A stretch of 63,462 nucleotides of DNA, the filler included, from Kipferlia bialata (Eukaryota), in the NCBI GenBank assembly GCA_003568945.1. It is 3 parts of 3 records of this genome, joined end to end, with 100 filler letters (N's around TTAATTAATTAA, not from the genome) between each part and the next. Parts side by side here need not be neighbours in the genome. Positions count along the whole stretch, not along the records: positions 49,321 to 63,462 come from BDIP01000027.1; 2 more parts are not named here. One strand, given 5' to 3'. The notes under the pieces were generated by a model. It saw only the letters and a list, made by a program, of their open reading frames with translations. It ran no database searches and was not told the DNA's origin. Shown here piece by piece: positions 61,001 to 63,462 of the stretch (its first letter is position 1; the number at the start of each line of letters is the position of its first letter). The position numbers and the translations under genes are program-made.

Positions 61001-61941
61001 ATAGATCATTCATATTACATCACACATAAGACTATATATATCATACATATGACTATATGTACACAGCACTGCCACTGGAAAATACAAGAGTATTTCTGAG
61101 TGAAATACCATAGTATAGAAGTAGTATAGTGCATATAGTCCTGCACCTGCCCCAGAATGGGTCCCCGTCTGTCATTGCATCCACACTAGGGGGGATGATG
61201 GCCTCAAACTGCTTGGCCAGCACACGGCACAGCTCCTGGGGTTACATCTGGATATATATATATGTATATATACATGACTAATATGTATAGAGAGAGGGAA
61301 TGCTTCGTTAGCACACGGCACAGCTCCTGGGGTAAGGCATCCACACAAATACCTACAACACACACAATAGCAACTCTTGGATTATACAATGCGGTCAGTA
61401 AGTACATATATATACTATAAGAGTGGTCAAAGTGCACCTGTCTGAGCACCCCCCTCTGCACCCTGGGTATACAGACTCTATATACTATATATATATACTA
61501 TAGAATATACCCCCCTACCTGTCTGAGCACCCACCTCTGCACCCTAGGTATACATACTAAATACACTATATATATATACTATAGAATATACCCCCCTACC
61601 TGTCTGAGGACCCCCCTCTGCACCCTAGGAATATATACTCTATCTACTATATATATATATATATATACACTATATATACTATTTTATATATATACCCCTA
61701 CCTGTCTGAGCACCCCCCTCTGCACCCTGGGCAGCAGAGACAGCACAGCATCAAGGACCTGGGGGGTGAGGGAGGAGTAGGTTGGTACAATATCACTATA
61801 CAATATACACTGAGTGATCCACACCCTTTGTATACCTTGATAGTGGCTGGTGTCTGTGGGCTGTCCCCCAGACCCAGACCCAGGTCAGTCAGGGAGGAGG
61901 CATACGTGGCATAGTCTCTGGGGGTTAGCATAGAGAGAGAG

Positions 61942-61982
<41 letters not shown>

Positions 61983-63462
61983 GAATAGTTATACCCTACT
62001 ATGGATTAGTGAGGGAGGAGGCATACGTCGCATAGTCTCTAGTGGTGAGTATGTATATATATAGTACATTGTATATAACACATATACCCATACCTGCAGT
62101 CTGTCTTCCTCATGTCCTGGATGAATGTGGCATGCATATATAGTATATACAGTATATAGTATATAGCACATGTATCTATACCTGCAGTCTGTCTTCCTCA
62201 TGTCCTGGATGAACGTGACATGCATTATATAGTGTATATAGTATATAGTATATATACATGCCCATACCTGCAGTCTGTCTTCCTCATGTCCTGGATGAAT
62301 GTGGCATGCAGTGACACCACCCTATTAAGGTGGGGTGTGTGTGTGGAGAGCAGACCCAGTGTTCTAGAGGCAGCCTCCCTCACGTCCAGAGGGTAGTTGT
62401 AGGCCAGCTTGCCCCACAGCATCTCAATCAGGGTGTCGGGGACAGCGGATAGAACAGAGGCCTGGGATAAGGAGTGCTACTATACATACATACATACTAC
62501 ACTAAGCTGTGGTCAAAGGGCAAGAAGGATGCCTAGTTCTAGGACAGATAAGGGATGTTCACAAACTCTCTCTGTTAACCTCAATATCTGTATACTGATA
62601 CTCAATATCTGTATAGTGATACTATATATACTACAAGACCCACCTTGTCTGTGTGGTCCAGACTCCCATTGACCACCCCGTCCATCAGTGTGAACAGGGT
62701 ATGGGTCAGCCAGTAGTCCACACTCTGGCCCTCCCTGGGGGCCATGGCCTCGGCCTGGGGGGTCAATACACTCATATATAGAGAGCCAATATATATATAT
62801 ATATCTATATAACCATGACTAGGGGGCCATGGCCTCGGCCTGGGGGGTCAATACATCACCATATGATACAAAATACTTATACAAACATATACAGAGAGAG
62901 ATTCTACTGGAGGGTACTCCCTGGGAGCCATGGCCTCGGCCTGGGGTGTTAATGTACAATAAGATTGAAAGAAAGTAAGAGAGACTGAGACAGAGAAAGG
63001 GTGACAGAATATCTCATACCTTCTCCAGGTCAGCCTGTGCTGGGCGTCTCTCATCTGAGGACACGGGGAACTCTGGGGGTAAGGCAATGGGAGAGTAGAT
63101 AGTATACTAGGCGAAGTATTATACATAACAATATATATATATATATATATACCTGATGGCAGGGCATCACCCAGGGCTAGCACCCTATTGATGGTGTACA
63201 CCACCCCATCTGGGAGAGGGGACCCCAGGGCCACAGAGACCAGCGCAGACTGGAGGGTGAAGAGAGCAGACTCGCACAGGGAGACTGTGTAGTCGGGCAG
63301 ACAGTTGTCGGTGGGGAAGGGGAAGGCGAGGTAGTCAGGGACGGAGAGCAGCTTGGCACGGCGGATGAGGACATCCTGGATCTGGTTGCAGGTGGAACTG
63401 GGGGTCAGAACGTAAAGGGGAGGGGGGAAGGGGGGGGGGGGGGGGGATGGGTGGGGGGGATT
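52139..63462 (-). CDS. Very large HEAT/ARM-repeat-like protein; 5' end beyond the window
   Basis: Dozens of minus-strand exons with CCCCAG acceptors. HEAT-like segments include LLMDTDPHIRQHTTDAL, YPLDVREAASRTLGLL and SASDITVVNSAVTALMQF. Stop TAG at 52141-52139. The family could not be assigned. Confidence 0.65.
61436..61730 (-). repeat. Four copies of a HEAT-gene exon end plus donor (+ strand ACCTGTCTGAGCACCCCCTCTGCACCCT)
   Basis: Copies at about 61436, 61517, 61598 and 61700, separated by TA-rich filler. Confidence 0.92.

Noticed and set aside
52139..63462. Huntingtin, TTI1 or MROH assignment for the large gene
   Set aside because: Only generic HEAT-like similarity is visible; a profile search is needed.

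Overview
Eukaryotic, gene-dense, intron-rich genomic DNA with two scaffold gaps. It uses the standard genetic code and short introns ending in a CTSACCCC(C)AG branchpoint/acceptor motif. The style suggests a free-living metamonad/fornicate protist such as Kipferlia, but this is an inference. By manual splicing I can support about 19 genes: UNC119/PDE-delta-like, FHIP/FAM160, Vta1, DDX24/Mak5, a bromodomain protein, enolase plus a truncated 5' enolase duplicate, the meiotic helicase MER3/HFM1, NECAP, YIPF6, NAR1/CIAO3, a secreted BPI/LBP-like protein head-to-head with an Mdm34(Mmm2)-like SMP protein, two SPRY-like proteins, a Tul1/Dsc1-like RING E3 ligase, tRNase Z, a large HEAT-repeat gene and several hypotheticals. 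The most striking unexplained structure is dozens of 'splice-junction echoes': 15-50 bp copies of an exon end plus its splice site, repeated 2-4 times inside the adjacent intron. Several likely GC-AG introns whose 5' ends resemble the downstream exon point to ongoing intron growth or birth by tandem duplication. All family assignments come from motif recognition by eye; no database searches were run.
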